Part shown: piece after piece, positions 49,725-60,338 of the stretch
Numbering within the stretch: the stretch's first letter is position 1
How the letters are laid out: each line of letters begins with the position of its first letter
Assembly: GCA_040954595.2 (NCBI GenBank)
Contig: CM082580.2
Coordinates: 672,783-736,782, forward strand
Direction: 5' to 3'
From: Balanoglossus misakiensis
Taxonomy: Eukaryota > Animalia > Hemichordata
DNA: 64,000 bases
The notes under the pieces: model-generated
Told to the model about the DNA's origin: nothing
The model's input: only the letters and a program-made list of their open reading frames with translations
The model's database searches: none
Made by a program: the position numbers and the translations under genes

Positions 49725-52178
49725 ATGCCAAAATCAACACTAAAAGAATTAAGCCAGAAAGAGACCAACACCTACCACGATGTTACCACTCAAGTTAAAC
49801 TAATCTACTATGAAAATACCTCGACCAACGAAAAATTTAAACGGGCTGTGGTGGCAGACCACACCGCTGCCACCACTCTGTATATCTGGTCAACCAGAGA
49901 AGACACGTTGTCTTTATTGAGAGCAAATGAAGGAAGTACACTATTTCTTCGTCCGAAAATTTACGTGCGTTCCAACGGGATTTCCATCAACCAAGGCTCC
50001 ACCTTGGCTGTTAATAGGGTGGACCTCAACATTCCTGAAAGTGTCGCAACCGAGGCTCACGGACTTCGCTGTCGCATGACAGAGCAAGCACCCACTGCTG
50101 CTGTTGTCACTATGGCCGCAGCAATTGCCGACAACACCAATTATCACAACATATCAGGAACTGTAGTAAGGGTAAGTTTACACTTAAAATGCTCACTCAT
50201 TTCACAATTCACCCATTTTCGCCCTAGATATTTCGCGGCCAACAACAATCTCACGTAATCGGATTACCCGCCCACTTCCATTGTCACGAATAAACTCTGC
50301 CACAAATCAACACCAACACGTTACTTTAATTGACGTAGTCGTGTTTTCCACAAGATCACGAACATTTCGCTTACGCTTTATTGACTTCATTCACTCCTCT
50401 GTTACCCATATATACAATGACCGTCTTCGTTTTCCCGACGTTACACGACCTTCACCACAGCTGGTCACGTACCGTACACCGAACAACCGCGTATGCAATG
50501 CTATTCCACGTCGTGAAGATCCCTCGATGCACAGGAGAGGGGTCCGTTCCCTATCGACCTCGAAGGGTAGAAAGGTCCGTTTCCTATTGACTTCTACCCC
50601 CACCTCACCTTTTCCCGACCGTTCATCTCACAAACCTCATGGTACACTCTTTACCGTTTTCCATTTGTTTATTACTTCTTCTGTCTTTTAGGTTCAAAAC
50701 ACCAAAGCCACCCACACCCGGTACGGCAAATTACCACGCAGAACTATTGGATTTGGAGACAGCTCAGGGGTGTACAAACTAACCGTATGGGGAGATCTTA
50801 CGAAGTGTGAGCTCACCACTGGTGATGTTATAACTATTACCAATGTGAAGAAAGCTGCCTCGTTCAACAACCGCCTCACATCCAGGCAATCCACCACAAT
50901 ATCAGTATCGGTAAGTACTTCACTGATCAGTCAATACAATACACTATACAGTGTATACCAACAGGAAATTGTCCTGGTACCACCCCTTTCGTTTTCAGGT
51001 ATTATGTTCACTACAAACAACTTGACTATACTGAAACTGTCCACTGTTTTTCCTGTATTCCCTGCTCAAACAATTCATTACAATATTCACATTTCTTTTT
51101 CTTTGCCCATGACAACATATAGTGAATCCACAAGTAACATTTCAATACTATTCCAAACTTTCGTTTCCACTTTTCCAAATGCGTTCAGTACTTTGTTTTG
51201 CAATCAAAGCTTCTTCCTCAGAGCTACATTATTCAACATAATAGTAGACAACATATATTATCCGCTGTTGTCATTATTCAGTTCTTCAAACATCCAATTC
51301 AGCATCTACATTTCCAGACACACGAACCACAGCTTCATTTATCAAAAACACACGCAGGTAATCTAATCTTTCCCTAATTCTATTTCAGGCTCATGAAACC
51401 CTATCACACCAAAACACTACAGACACCTTATCGGCGGATTCCGATGACAGCTCAAACTGGACAACCGGGACATTACAAGGGCTCTCCAATCTACAGAGAG
51501 TTCTCTTATGTGCAGATGCGCCTCGGTGCAATGGATTTCTCAATGACAGCAACAGGTAATCCAAAATTCCTCTTCATCCGCACTTACCACCAGCCCCTCA
51601 ATACCTTGTGTGCAGACACCAGCTGAGCTATACATAGCAGTTTTTTCATGCAATGTCCCATTTTCAGACATAAGCCATTCCGCTGGAAAAATTTACCAGT
51701 GCACAGCCACTCAATAACATCTCTTCCTTATATCCCAACAATCCAATTGGCTACCTTACAACTAAATATTCACATGACATCCGTAACATCCCTTATTCAA
51801 CTTTACTTCAATACTTATATTCTTCCACATTACTGCATGTTACACCCTTTCCACATCAGCCAGCAATCAACATATTTATTCCACCAACTTCAACATTGCC
51901 TATTTCTCATTTCTTTCAGATGTCGTTTCTGCAGAAAGAATAAAAGCCCATCCTGCAGACCAGGCACAATACTTTCCCTCTTAATACAAACCGGTGATGA
52001 CCTTGACACATACAAGATCTACCCAAAGGAGACCAAGTATTTACTCAGAAAATTCTCCATTAACCCCGTCAACACCACCCAGAAACAACTGCAGGACGCC
52101 GTCACCGACATCTGCGATGGACGCGAGCTCCAATTTAAGGCCAACTCTGCCAACACCATCACCACTTTCAAAAACTAG
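49725..52178 (+). CDS. Helentron-borne RPA70-like ssDNA-binding protein (OB folds plus Zn ribbon), 4 exons, ~363 aa
   Basis: Exons 49725-50171, 50692-50910, 51389-51555, 51920-52178 are all GT-AG and in frame (1092 nt). OB motifs VVADHTAATTLYIWS and GDSSGVYKLTVWGD..LTTGDVITITNV. Zn ribbon CADAPRC...RCRFC spans the exon 3/4 junction. Confidence 0.8.
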
Positions 52179-52912
52179 TGTTTTTCAACGTACTGCCTTC
52201 ATTTGCTCTCCATTCCACAACCCTTTCCCGATTACACACTTTACCAGCGCTCCCTCCATTCATTCATTATAACATTTCCTTCCCTGCTTTTTTTATTACA
52301 CTTGAAGACATTTTTTAGTGACACATTCTTTTTATTTCACATGCTTTTAGTTATTTGTTCAGTTTGTCATTTTCTTTCTTGCCTTTTTTTTATGTGACAT
52401 TCACATTTCTCTACTTGATTTGACATTTTTCACTGTTTTTTTCCCCTAGGTTAGACAATTTTTGACTGCTTCATTTAATTAGACATTTTTTCCAATGATT
52501 TTTTTATTTCAGTTTACACGTTCTTCAGTGATACATTTTATATTTAACATTTCTTTAGTATTTTGTACCATTCAACATAATTTATACTTGTTACTGTTCT
52601 CTTTATTTACTTTGACATTTTTTACTGCTTCCATTACATTTTTTATTGCGTCATTCAATTTCATTTCTTTAAAACAATTTATATGCAACACAACTCATTC
52701 CCATTGTTATATTTATTACTTTACATGATTTATAATTAAACTACAGAAAACGTACACTGCCTGCTCCCTTCTTTCGTGCTTAAACATTGAATTTCAGTAT
52801 GCTGCCCAATTCAGCAAAATAGACACTGGATGCCTTACCTACCTCTGCTACTGTGGCACCCCTCATCTCCGTACTCCACTGTTTAAATGGGACCACAGTG
52901 TCCTTGACGCTA

Positions 52913-55619
52913 TTTTTGATGATTTTCACCCATATTATTTTTCAAAAACCGACGAAATTTTGAAATTTTGCAGTCGAAAATTTGTCATTTTTTGATGATT
53001 TTCACCCATGTTTTTTTTTTAAAATGGACGAAATTTTGAGATTTTGCAAAGACGAAAATTTGTCATTTTTTGATGATTTTAACCCATGATTTTTTTTCAA
53101 AAATGGACGAAATTTTGAGATTTTGCAAAGTCGAAAATTTGTCATTTTTTGATGATTTTCACCCATGATTTTTTTCAAAAATCGACGAAATGTTGAGATT
53201 TTGCAAAGTCGAAAATTTGTCATTTTTTGATGATTTTCACCCATGATTTTTTTCAAAAATCGACGAAATTGTGAAATTTTGCAAAGTCGATAATTTGTCA
53301 TTTTTTGTTGATTTTCCCCCAATGGTTTTTTTCAAAATCGACGAAATTTTGAGAATTTGCAAAGTCGAAAATTTGTCATTTTTTGATGATTTTCCCCCAT
53401 GTTTTTTTTTTAAAATGGACGAAATTTTGAGATTTTGCAAAGTCGAAAATTTGTCATTTTTTGATTATTTTCACCCATGATTTTTTTCAAAAATCGACGA
53501 AATGTTGAGATTTTGCAAAGTCGAAAATTTGTAATTTTTTGATGATTTTCACACATGATTTTTTTCAAAAATCGACGAAATTGTGAGATTTTGCAAAGTC
53601 GATAATTTGTCATTATTTGATGATTTTCCCCCAATGGTTTTTTTCAAAATCGACGAAATTTTGAGATTTTGCAAAGTCGAAAATTTGTCATTTTTTGATG
53701 ATTTTCCCCCATGTTTTTTTTTTAAAATGGACGAAATTTTGAGATTTTGCAAAGTCGAAAATTTGTCATTTTTTGATGATTTTCACCCATGATTTTTTTA
53801 AAAAATCGACGAAATTGTGAGATTTTGCAAAGTCAAAAATTTGTCATTTTTTGATGATTTTCACCCATGTTTTTTTTTTAAAAAAACGACGAACCTATGA
53901 TTTTTTTTCAAAATCGACGAAATTTTGAGATTTTGCAAAGTCGAAAATTTGTCATTTTTTGATGATTTTCCCCAATGATTTTTTTCAAAAATCGACGAAA
54001 TGTTGAGATTTTGCAAAGTCGAAAATTTGTCATTTTTTGATGATTTTCTCCCATGATTTTTTTTCAAAAATCGACGAAATTGTGAGATTTTGCAAAGTCG
54101 AAAATTTGTCATTTTTTGATGATTTTCACCCATGTTTTTTTTTTAAATCGACGAACCTATGATTTTTTTTTAAATCGACGAAATTTTGAGATTTTGCAAA
54201 GTCGAAAATTTGTCATTTTTTGATGATTTTCACCCATGATTTTTTTCAAAAATCGACGAAATTGTGAGATTTTGCAAAGTCGATAATTTTGTCATTTTTT
54301 GATGATTTTCAACCATATTATTTTTCAAAAACCGACGAAATTTTGAGATTTTGCATAGACGAAAATTTGTCATTTTTTGATGATTTTTACCCATGATTTT
54401 TTTTCAAAAATGGACGAAATTTTGAGATTTTGCAAAGTCGAAAATTTGTCATTTTTTGATGATTTTCACCCATGATTTTTTTCAAAAATCGACGAAATGT
54501 TGAGATTTTGCAAAGTCGAAAATTTGTCATTTTTTGATGATTTTCACCCATGATTTTTTTCAAAAATCGACGAAATTGTGAGATTTTGCAAAGTCGATAA
54601 TTTGTCATTTTTTGATGATTTTCCCCCATGTTTTTTTTTAAAATCGACGAAATTTTGAGAATTTGCAAAGTCGAAAATTTGTCATTTTTTGATGATTTTC
54701 ACCCATGATTTTTTTCAAAAATCGACGAAATTGTGAGATTTTGCAAAGTCAAAAATTTGTCATTTTTTGATGATTTTCATCCATGTTTTTTTTTTAAAAA
54801 AAAGACGAACCTATGATTTTTTTCAAAATCGACGAAATTTTGAGATTTTGCAAAGTCGAAAATTTTGTCATTTTTTGATGATTTTCACCCATGATTTTTT
54901 CAAAAATTGACGAAATTTTGAGATTTTGCAAAGTCGAAAATTTGTCATTTTTTGATGATTTTCACCCATGATTTTTTTCAAAAATCGACGAAATGTTGAG
55001 ATTTTGCAAAGTCGAAAATTTGTCATTTTTTGATGATTTTCACCCAAGATTTTTTTCAAAAATCGACGAAATGTTGAGATTTTGCAAAGTCGAAAATTTG
55101 TCATTTTTTGATGATTTTCATCCATGATTTTTTTCAAAAATCGACGAAATGTTGAGATTTTTCAGTCAAAAATTTGTCATTTTTTGATGATTTTCACCTA
55201 TGATTTTTTTCAAAAATCGACGAAATGTTGAGATTTTGCAAAGTCGAAAATTTGTCATTTTTTGATGATTTTCTCCCATGATTTTTTTCAAAAATCGACG
55301 AAATTGTGAGATTTTGCAAAGTCGAAAATTTGTCATTTTTTTATGATTTTCCCCCATGTTTTTTTTTTTAAATCGACGAACCTATGATTTTTTTCAAAAT
55401 CGACGAAATTTTGAGATTTTGCAAAGTCGAAAATTTGTCATTTTTTGATGATTTTCACCCATGATTTTTTTCAAAAATCGACGAAATGTTGAGATTTTGC
55501 AAAGTCGATAATTTGTCATTTTTTGATGATTTTCCCCCAATGGTTTTTTTCAAAAATCGACGAAATTGTGAGATTTTGCAAAGTCGATAATTTGTCATTT
55601 TTTAATGATTTTCCCCAAT
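52913..55619. repeat. AT-rich 78-bp satellite, right part
   Basis: Same unit as 35513-36399; resumes in register after the Helentron. Confidence 0.96.
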
Positions 55620-56184
55620 TATTTGAGATCTCTCTAACACACAAAACAAGGACACAGGTTTGGCAGCTGAAGGCAAGAGCCATTATTTATTTGCGTGAAC
55701 TGGGTGCTCTTGCAGGCCCAACACAACTGGGAATAACAACTCGCAATGATGAAAGGACCATTGCAAAATACATGGATGAAAAAGGTTACAATCGTGAAGT
55801 ACAGTATTGACCAGAGAACCACTGTAAATCTGCAAATACACATCTTATTTGTTGAGGGCGGGCGGGTGGGGAAATTGAGGCAGAGAGAGCGAGCATTGCA
55901 GGACACGCTCAGAACCCTTGAAGTGGTCGTGAGTGATGGATTATGGGATTTTTGAGGCTCGTTTGAGGTTGAGGGCGCCCCTTTTCGAGTTGCTTAATTG
56001 GGTAACATTATGCCGTTGATCGCAATGTTACCTAAATTACTTGAGATCTCTCTAACACACAAACCAAGGACACAGGTTTGGCAGCTGAAGGCAAGAGCCA
56101 TTATTTATTTACGTGAACTGGGGGCTCTTGCAGGCCCAACCACTGCCAAACCCGGTCCGCCTCTCTGCTAGTGCCACAGTAAAA

Positions 56185-57210
56185 TCAGTGTGACGCGGAG
56201 ATGTCTTTAAGATGCTGACCCATTTGAAAGGACACCAGATAACGAGTCTGAAATGGAATGTTAAGATAACGGAGATACGCGCTGGATTGCCAATCCCCTT
56301 GGAGTTTGATAAGCTCCCCAGGGACCCCACTTTCGAATGCAAAGGTTGCACCCCCACGACGGAGGCTGTGACCTGAGTACATGTCAGCAGGAAAGCCTGC
56401 CCTCTGAACTAAACATTTGATACTTTTCACCAGCCCTGAATGGGTCAAGGGGACCAATTTGCCACATTTGGGAAAAACAAATGCTGGGCTAGAGGGTGGG
56501 GCTGGGATGATCTCACACATGTGATTGTATGCCTGTAAAGGGCACAACACCGAACCTGGAATGTGGGCAAGTGGAATAGTCAAACAGCGTTCGCGAAACT
56601 GAATGGTTTTTGACCAAGTCACGCCGATTATAAGGCCAGAATCTGAGGAAATGACTTTACCCCTACAGAGGTGTTTAGCCGGATCAAAGTCGGTTGCAGA
56701 CTTCGGAACAAGATTTGACTTGCGAAAAAAGGAGAAAAACCCTATCAAAAGGCATGCCCACAAAGTAACATCGAATGGAACAGCCACATCTAGAAGCCCG
56801 AAAAACTGTAGCAACAACTGGGGGGTGATGGGTAATTTCTGCCTCACTGGCTGGAAAGTGCTACGGGAAAGACATTTCAAAAGTAATTTGACAACATACT
56901 GATCAGCGGCCAATGGCGTGAAGCCATGGATTCTATGCAAGGTACGAATTGCGTACAAATAATTCTGAATGGTGCCAGTAGCAGTTACTGATCTTGCAAG
57001 AAACTGGATAAATCTACACACTGTAAGAACAGATGCTGGAACAGGAGTAAAATTGAAAAACTGACAAAACAGGAAGTAACTCTTCAACTGTGACGACAAA
57101 TTCCGACGAGTTCCTTCCGCTAATGCTGACCTCATTGAGATAGCGATTTGAGCGTCTAAGGCTTGGATAGTTTGGCAGTGATCTGAAATAAAAATAAAAT
57201 CAGTCACCAC
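56185..57210 (-). CDS. Tyrosine recombinase
   Basis: Catalytic residues R (FFRKSNL), K (WSKT), HSLRRG, W (GDWQS), Y (LRYL). Confidence 0.93.
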   Translation of the reverse strand: MVTDFIFISDHCQTIQALDAQIAISMRSALAEGTRRNLSSQLKSYFLFCQFFNFTPVPASVLTVCRFIQFLARSVTATGTIQNYLYAIRTLHRIHGFTPLAADQYVVKLLLKCLSRSTFQPVRQKLPITPQLLLQFFGLLDVAVPFDVTLWACLLIGFFSFFRKSNLVPKSATDFDPAKHLCRGKVISSDSGLIIGVTWSKTIQFRERCLTIPLAHIPGSVLCPLQAYNHMCEIIPAPPSSPAFVFPKCGKLVPLTHSGLVKSIKCLVQRAGFPADMYSGHSLRRGGATFAFESGVPGELIKLQGDWQSSAYLRYLNIPFQTRYLVSFQMGQHLKDISASH

Positions 57211-59543
57211 TCATTGAGAAAGCGAATGTCATCCTCGGCGACTGGGTGCTCGGTCATTTGAGAAATATTAACAGATGATTTGAAGAGTTGCTCATAACTT
57301 GGGTCAAGATGCCAGCGACTGAGCGCATCAGCCAGCCGGTTCTCGGTGCCTGCGATGTGCACAGCACGTAGCTCAAACTCGTGAATCGCTGCTACCAGCC
57401 ATAATTCCCTCAAGCAAGACAGCATTAGTTTATCCCTAGCTCTACCGGTATTAATGACCCAAACTGTTGCCTGGTTGTCGCAAGAGACCTGTATTTTCTT
57501 TCCAGACCATCTATCACCCCAAATTTTTGCCGCTATAGTAATAGTGAGTAATTCGAGGGCATTAATGTGAGGGTCCCCAACCTTTACAAAGTCAGGGAAC
57601 TCCACGTGGAAATACTCGTTGTCGCAAAGCCCCCCTCCCCCTGTTGGGCATGCATCCGAAGAAAATATTTCATCTGGCGGGCACCAACCTGACTCTTTAA
57701 TGAGAGACACCCCATTATAAACCCTAATGAAATTAATCCACCACCGTAGATCTGCCTTGAAATCACTGTTTAGATAGATATGGTAGTGATTGCGGGTGAC
57801 GGTACGCAACACATCTAGCATTCTCGCCAGGAATAGCCTACCAGGCTTGACACATTTGGCAATAAAGGAAAGCTTGCCTATGAGTGATTGCAGCTCGCGC
57901 TTAGTTGCTTTTGTTTTAGTGACCCATACACCCAGCTCTTGCTCTATTTCATTAAGCCGGTCAGGAGTAACTTCCATAGTCATTGTAAGGGAGTTCAACT
58001 GGATTCCAAGAAAAGTCATGATTGATGACGGGGGCACCGCTTTGTGTTTGGCTTCTTGCAAACCCAGTCTATCCAGCGTGTCACCTACCTCCGCAAATGC
58101 CTTGTGGGCTTTGTTGGAGGTCTCTGCACCACCGAAGTCGTCAAGGTAATTAACACAGTCATACCCTTTCGTGGAATAGATATAAGAAACCGCATTAGTG
58201 GTGCGCTGGCAGGCTAGCGCTGCGGTTCGCAAGCCAAATGGCAATGTAAGGTCAAAGAACAATAAATTACGCCACGTGTAGCCCAGCAAATGGTAGTCCG
58301 CTGGATCGACTGGTATTTGCCGATAAGCTCTGCTTAAATCGCGCTTAAATAGGAGGCATCCCCTGCCCTTACGGGTCATCATTGCAGTGAAATCATCAAT
58401 GGAAGGATATTGAAGCTGAAAACTCTCCCCAAGATATTCCCCTTTGGGGATACCGTCATTTACTGAATGGTGGATTGGGGAACTAAGATCAAAGACTATA
58501 CGCCGATTAACACTATCTTTTTTTTCGACAGTCTGAATGGGGGAAGTACTGAGTGGTGTGGCAAGGGGGTTAGTTAAGAACGGACCCGCTGTAGCCCCGG
58601 CTGCGACTTCGTTAATGATCCAGTTGTCGACATGCGCCGAGTAATTTATAGCTGATGGGTGGTTTTTCACTGTAGAGTATGGCAATTCTGAGGCTGTATA
58701 GTAGACGGGCCAACCATATTGTAGGTAATCGCAGATGATTTTGTCATCATATTGCTGCAATTCGGCTCGCCAAATTGGGATTTGAAGATTTGATGAAACG
58801 GGTATTCTGCAAAATTGAGAATTTGGTAAACCTGATTCAACAACTATGTCATGAACGGTTATAACTTCTGTTAAATCAGGGGGTGACGCTTGTGGCCATG
58901 ACGACGGGGGACAGACATCCCCGCCCACGGGAGTATCTGATAACTCAGAATACTGCATATCATTGCCCAGTGGATAAGTGTCTGGAACACTGTGATCAAC
59001 AAGGGTGGGGTTGGGAGGCCCCATATTTGGAACATTTTCCACAGTAAACATATCACTAACAAAGACATCGTGGTCATCACTGATCATACCGTCAGATGAA
59101 CCATGAGCGCTAATCTCACATGCAAATTCAGTGGTATCACCGACGGTATGGGCTAGTGATTCAATAGGGATTTGCTTGTCAAGATCAGTCTCAATATCAG
59201 GTTCTATCAAATCAACTGTATGAGTTTTACAAAGGTATTTGTCAACATTATCCCTGCTAACAGAGGTATCAAAACAACCTGTGTGTTCAGAGGCAACATT
59301 GGCAATGGTACATGTTACTGGCTCGTCAATCGAAAGCACTGGTTCAGAAATACTACTAGGGTTAACACTAGCATCCCGCAAAACCTCCGGGTTGCACATT
59401 GACAGGCTTCTTGAAATATCAATCTCCATGTCAGTTTGTACAGAGCGATCACACTTGTGCACTGCCTGATCTGTGATGCCCATCAATGTATAAAAGTCAT
59501 TGATATTACACTCCGTGCCTGCACTTTTGACTCTATGGTTCAA
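57204..59543 (-). CDS. Reverse transcriptase / RNase H of DIRS/Ngaro type
   Basis: RIVFDLS, KRDLSRAYRQIP, LPFGLR, YLDD, FLGI; RNase H motifs SDAC, INALELL, CDN, ENRLADALSR. Confidence 0.95.
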   Translation of the reverse strand: MNHRVKSAGTECNINDFYTLMGITDQAVHKCDRSVQTDMEIDISRSLSMCNPEVLRDASVNPSSISEPVLSIDEPVTCTIANVASEHTGCFDTSVSRDNVDKYLCKTHTVDLIEPDIETDLDKQIPIESLAHTVGDTTEFACEISAHGSSDGMISDDHDVFVSDMFTVENVPNMGPPNPTLVDHSVPDTYPLGNDMQYSELSDTPVGGDVCPPSSWPQASPPDLTEVITVHDIVVESGLPNSQFCRIPVSSNLQIPIWRAELQQYDDKIICDYLQYGWPVYYTASELPYSTVKNHPSAINYSAHVDNWIINEVAAGATAGPFLTNPLATPLSTSPIQTVEKKDSVNRRIVFDLSSPIHHSVNDGIPKGEYLGESFQLQYPSIDDFTAMMTRKGRGCLLFKRDLSRAYRQIPVDPADYHLLGYTWRNLLFFDLTLPFGLRTAALACQRTTNAVSYIYSTKGYDCVNYLDDFGGAETSNKAHKAFAEVGDTLDRLGLQEAKHKAVPPSSIMTFLGIQLNSLTMTMEVTPDRLNEIEQELGVWVTKTKATKRELQSLIGKLSFIAKCVKPGRLFLARMLDVLRTVTRNHYHIYLNSDFKADLRWWINFIRVYNGVSLIKESGWCPPDEIFSSDACPTGGGGLCDNEYFHVEFPDFVKVGDPHINALELLTITIAAKIWGDRWSGKKIQVSCDNQATVWVINTGRARDKLMLSCLRELWLVAAIHEFELRAVHIAGTENRLADALSRWHLDPSYEQLFKSSVNISQMTEHPVAEDDIRFLNEW

Positions 59544-60338
59544 TTTAGGAATTAAATTGCTGTCACAGTCATGAGAGTCTTGTTTAGACTTATCTACCTC
59601 TGCTTTAAATCAAGGGGTGACGCTTGTGGCCATGACGACGGGGGACAGACATCCCCGCCCACGGGAGTATCTGATAACTCAGAATACTGCATATCATTGC
59701 CCAGTGGATAAGTGTCTGGAACACTGTGATCAACAAGGGTGGGGTTGGGAGGCCCCATATTTGGAACATTTTCCACAGTAAACATATCACTAACAAAGAC
59801 ATCGTGGTCATCACTGATCATACCGTCAGATGAACCATGAGCGCTAATCTCACATGCAAATTCAGTGGTATCACCGACGGTATGGGCTAGTGATTCAATA
59901 GGGATTTGCTTGTCAAGATCAGTCTCAATATCAGGTTCTATCAAATCAACTGTATGAGTTTTACAAAGGTATTTGTCAACATTATCCCTGCTAACAGAGG
60001 TATCAAAACAACCTGTGTGTTCAGAGGCAACATTGGCAATGGTACATGTTACTGGCTCGTCAATCGAAAGCACTGGTTCAGAAATACTACTAGGGTTAAC
60101 AATAGCATCCCGCAAAACCTCCGGGTTGCACATTGACAGGCTTCTTGAAATATCAATCTCCATGTCAGTTTGTACAGAGCGATCACACTTGTGCACTGCC
60201 TGATCTGTGATGCCCATCAATGTATAAAAGTCATTGATATTACACTCCGTGCCTGCACTTTTGACTCTATGGTTCAATTTAGGAATTAAATTGCTGTCAC
60301 AGTCATGAGAGTCTTGTTTAGACTTATCTACCTCTGCT
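58871..60338. repeat. 734-bp internal tandem duplication (58871-59604 / 59605-60338)
   Basis: Two near-identical units with at least 2 substitutions; 734 is not a multiple of 3. Confidence 0.93.

Larger units (their letters stand above)
36400..52912 (+). mobile_element. Full-length autonomous Helentron (Helitron group 2), ~16.5 kb
   Basis: Inserted in the T-run of a satellite monomer (gtcatttttt|...|tttttgatg). 5' sub-TIR/hairpin aggtcccat..atgggacct (36400-36436), TGTA/TGGA microsatellite, 3' sub-TIR aatgggacc (52886-52894), terminal hairpin agtgtc-ctt-gacgct. Encodes Rep-helicase-endonuclease. Confidence 0.93.

Noticed and set aside
53002-55810. Many short K/F-rich ORFs
   Set aside because: Translations of the 78-bp satellite, with frames broken by homopolymer length changes.
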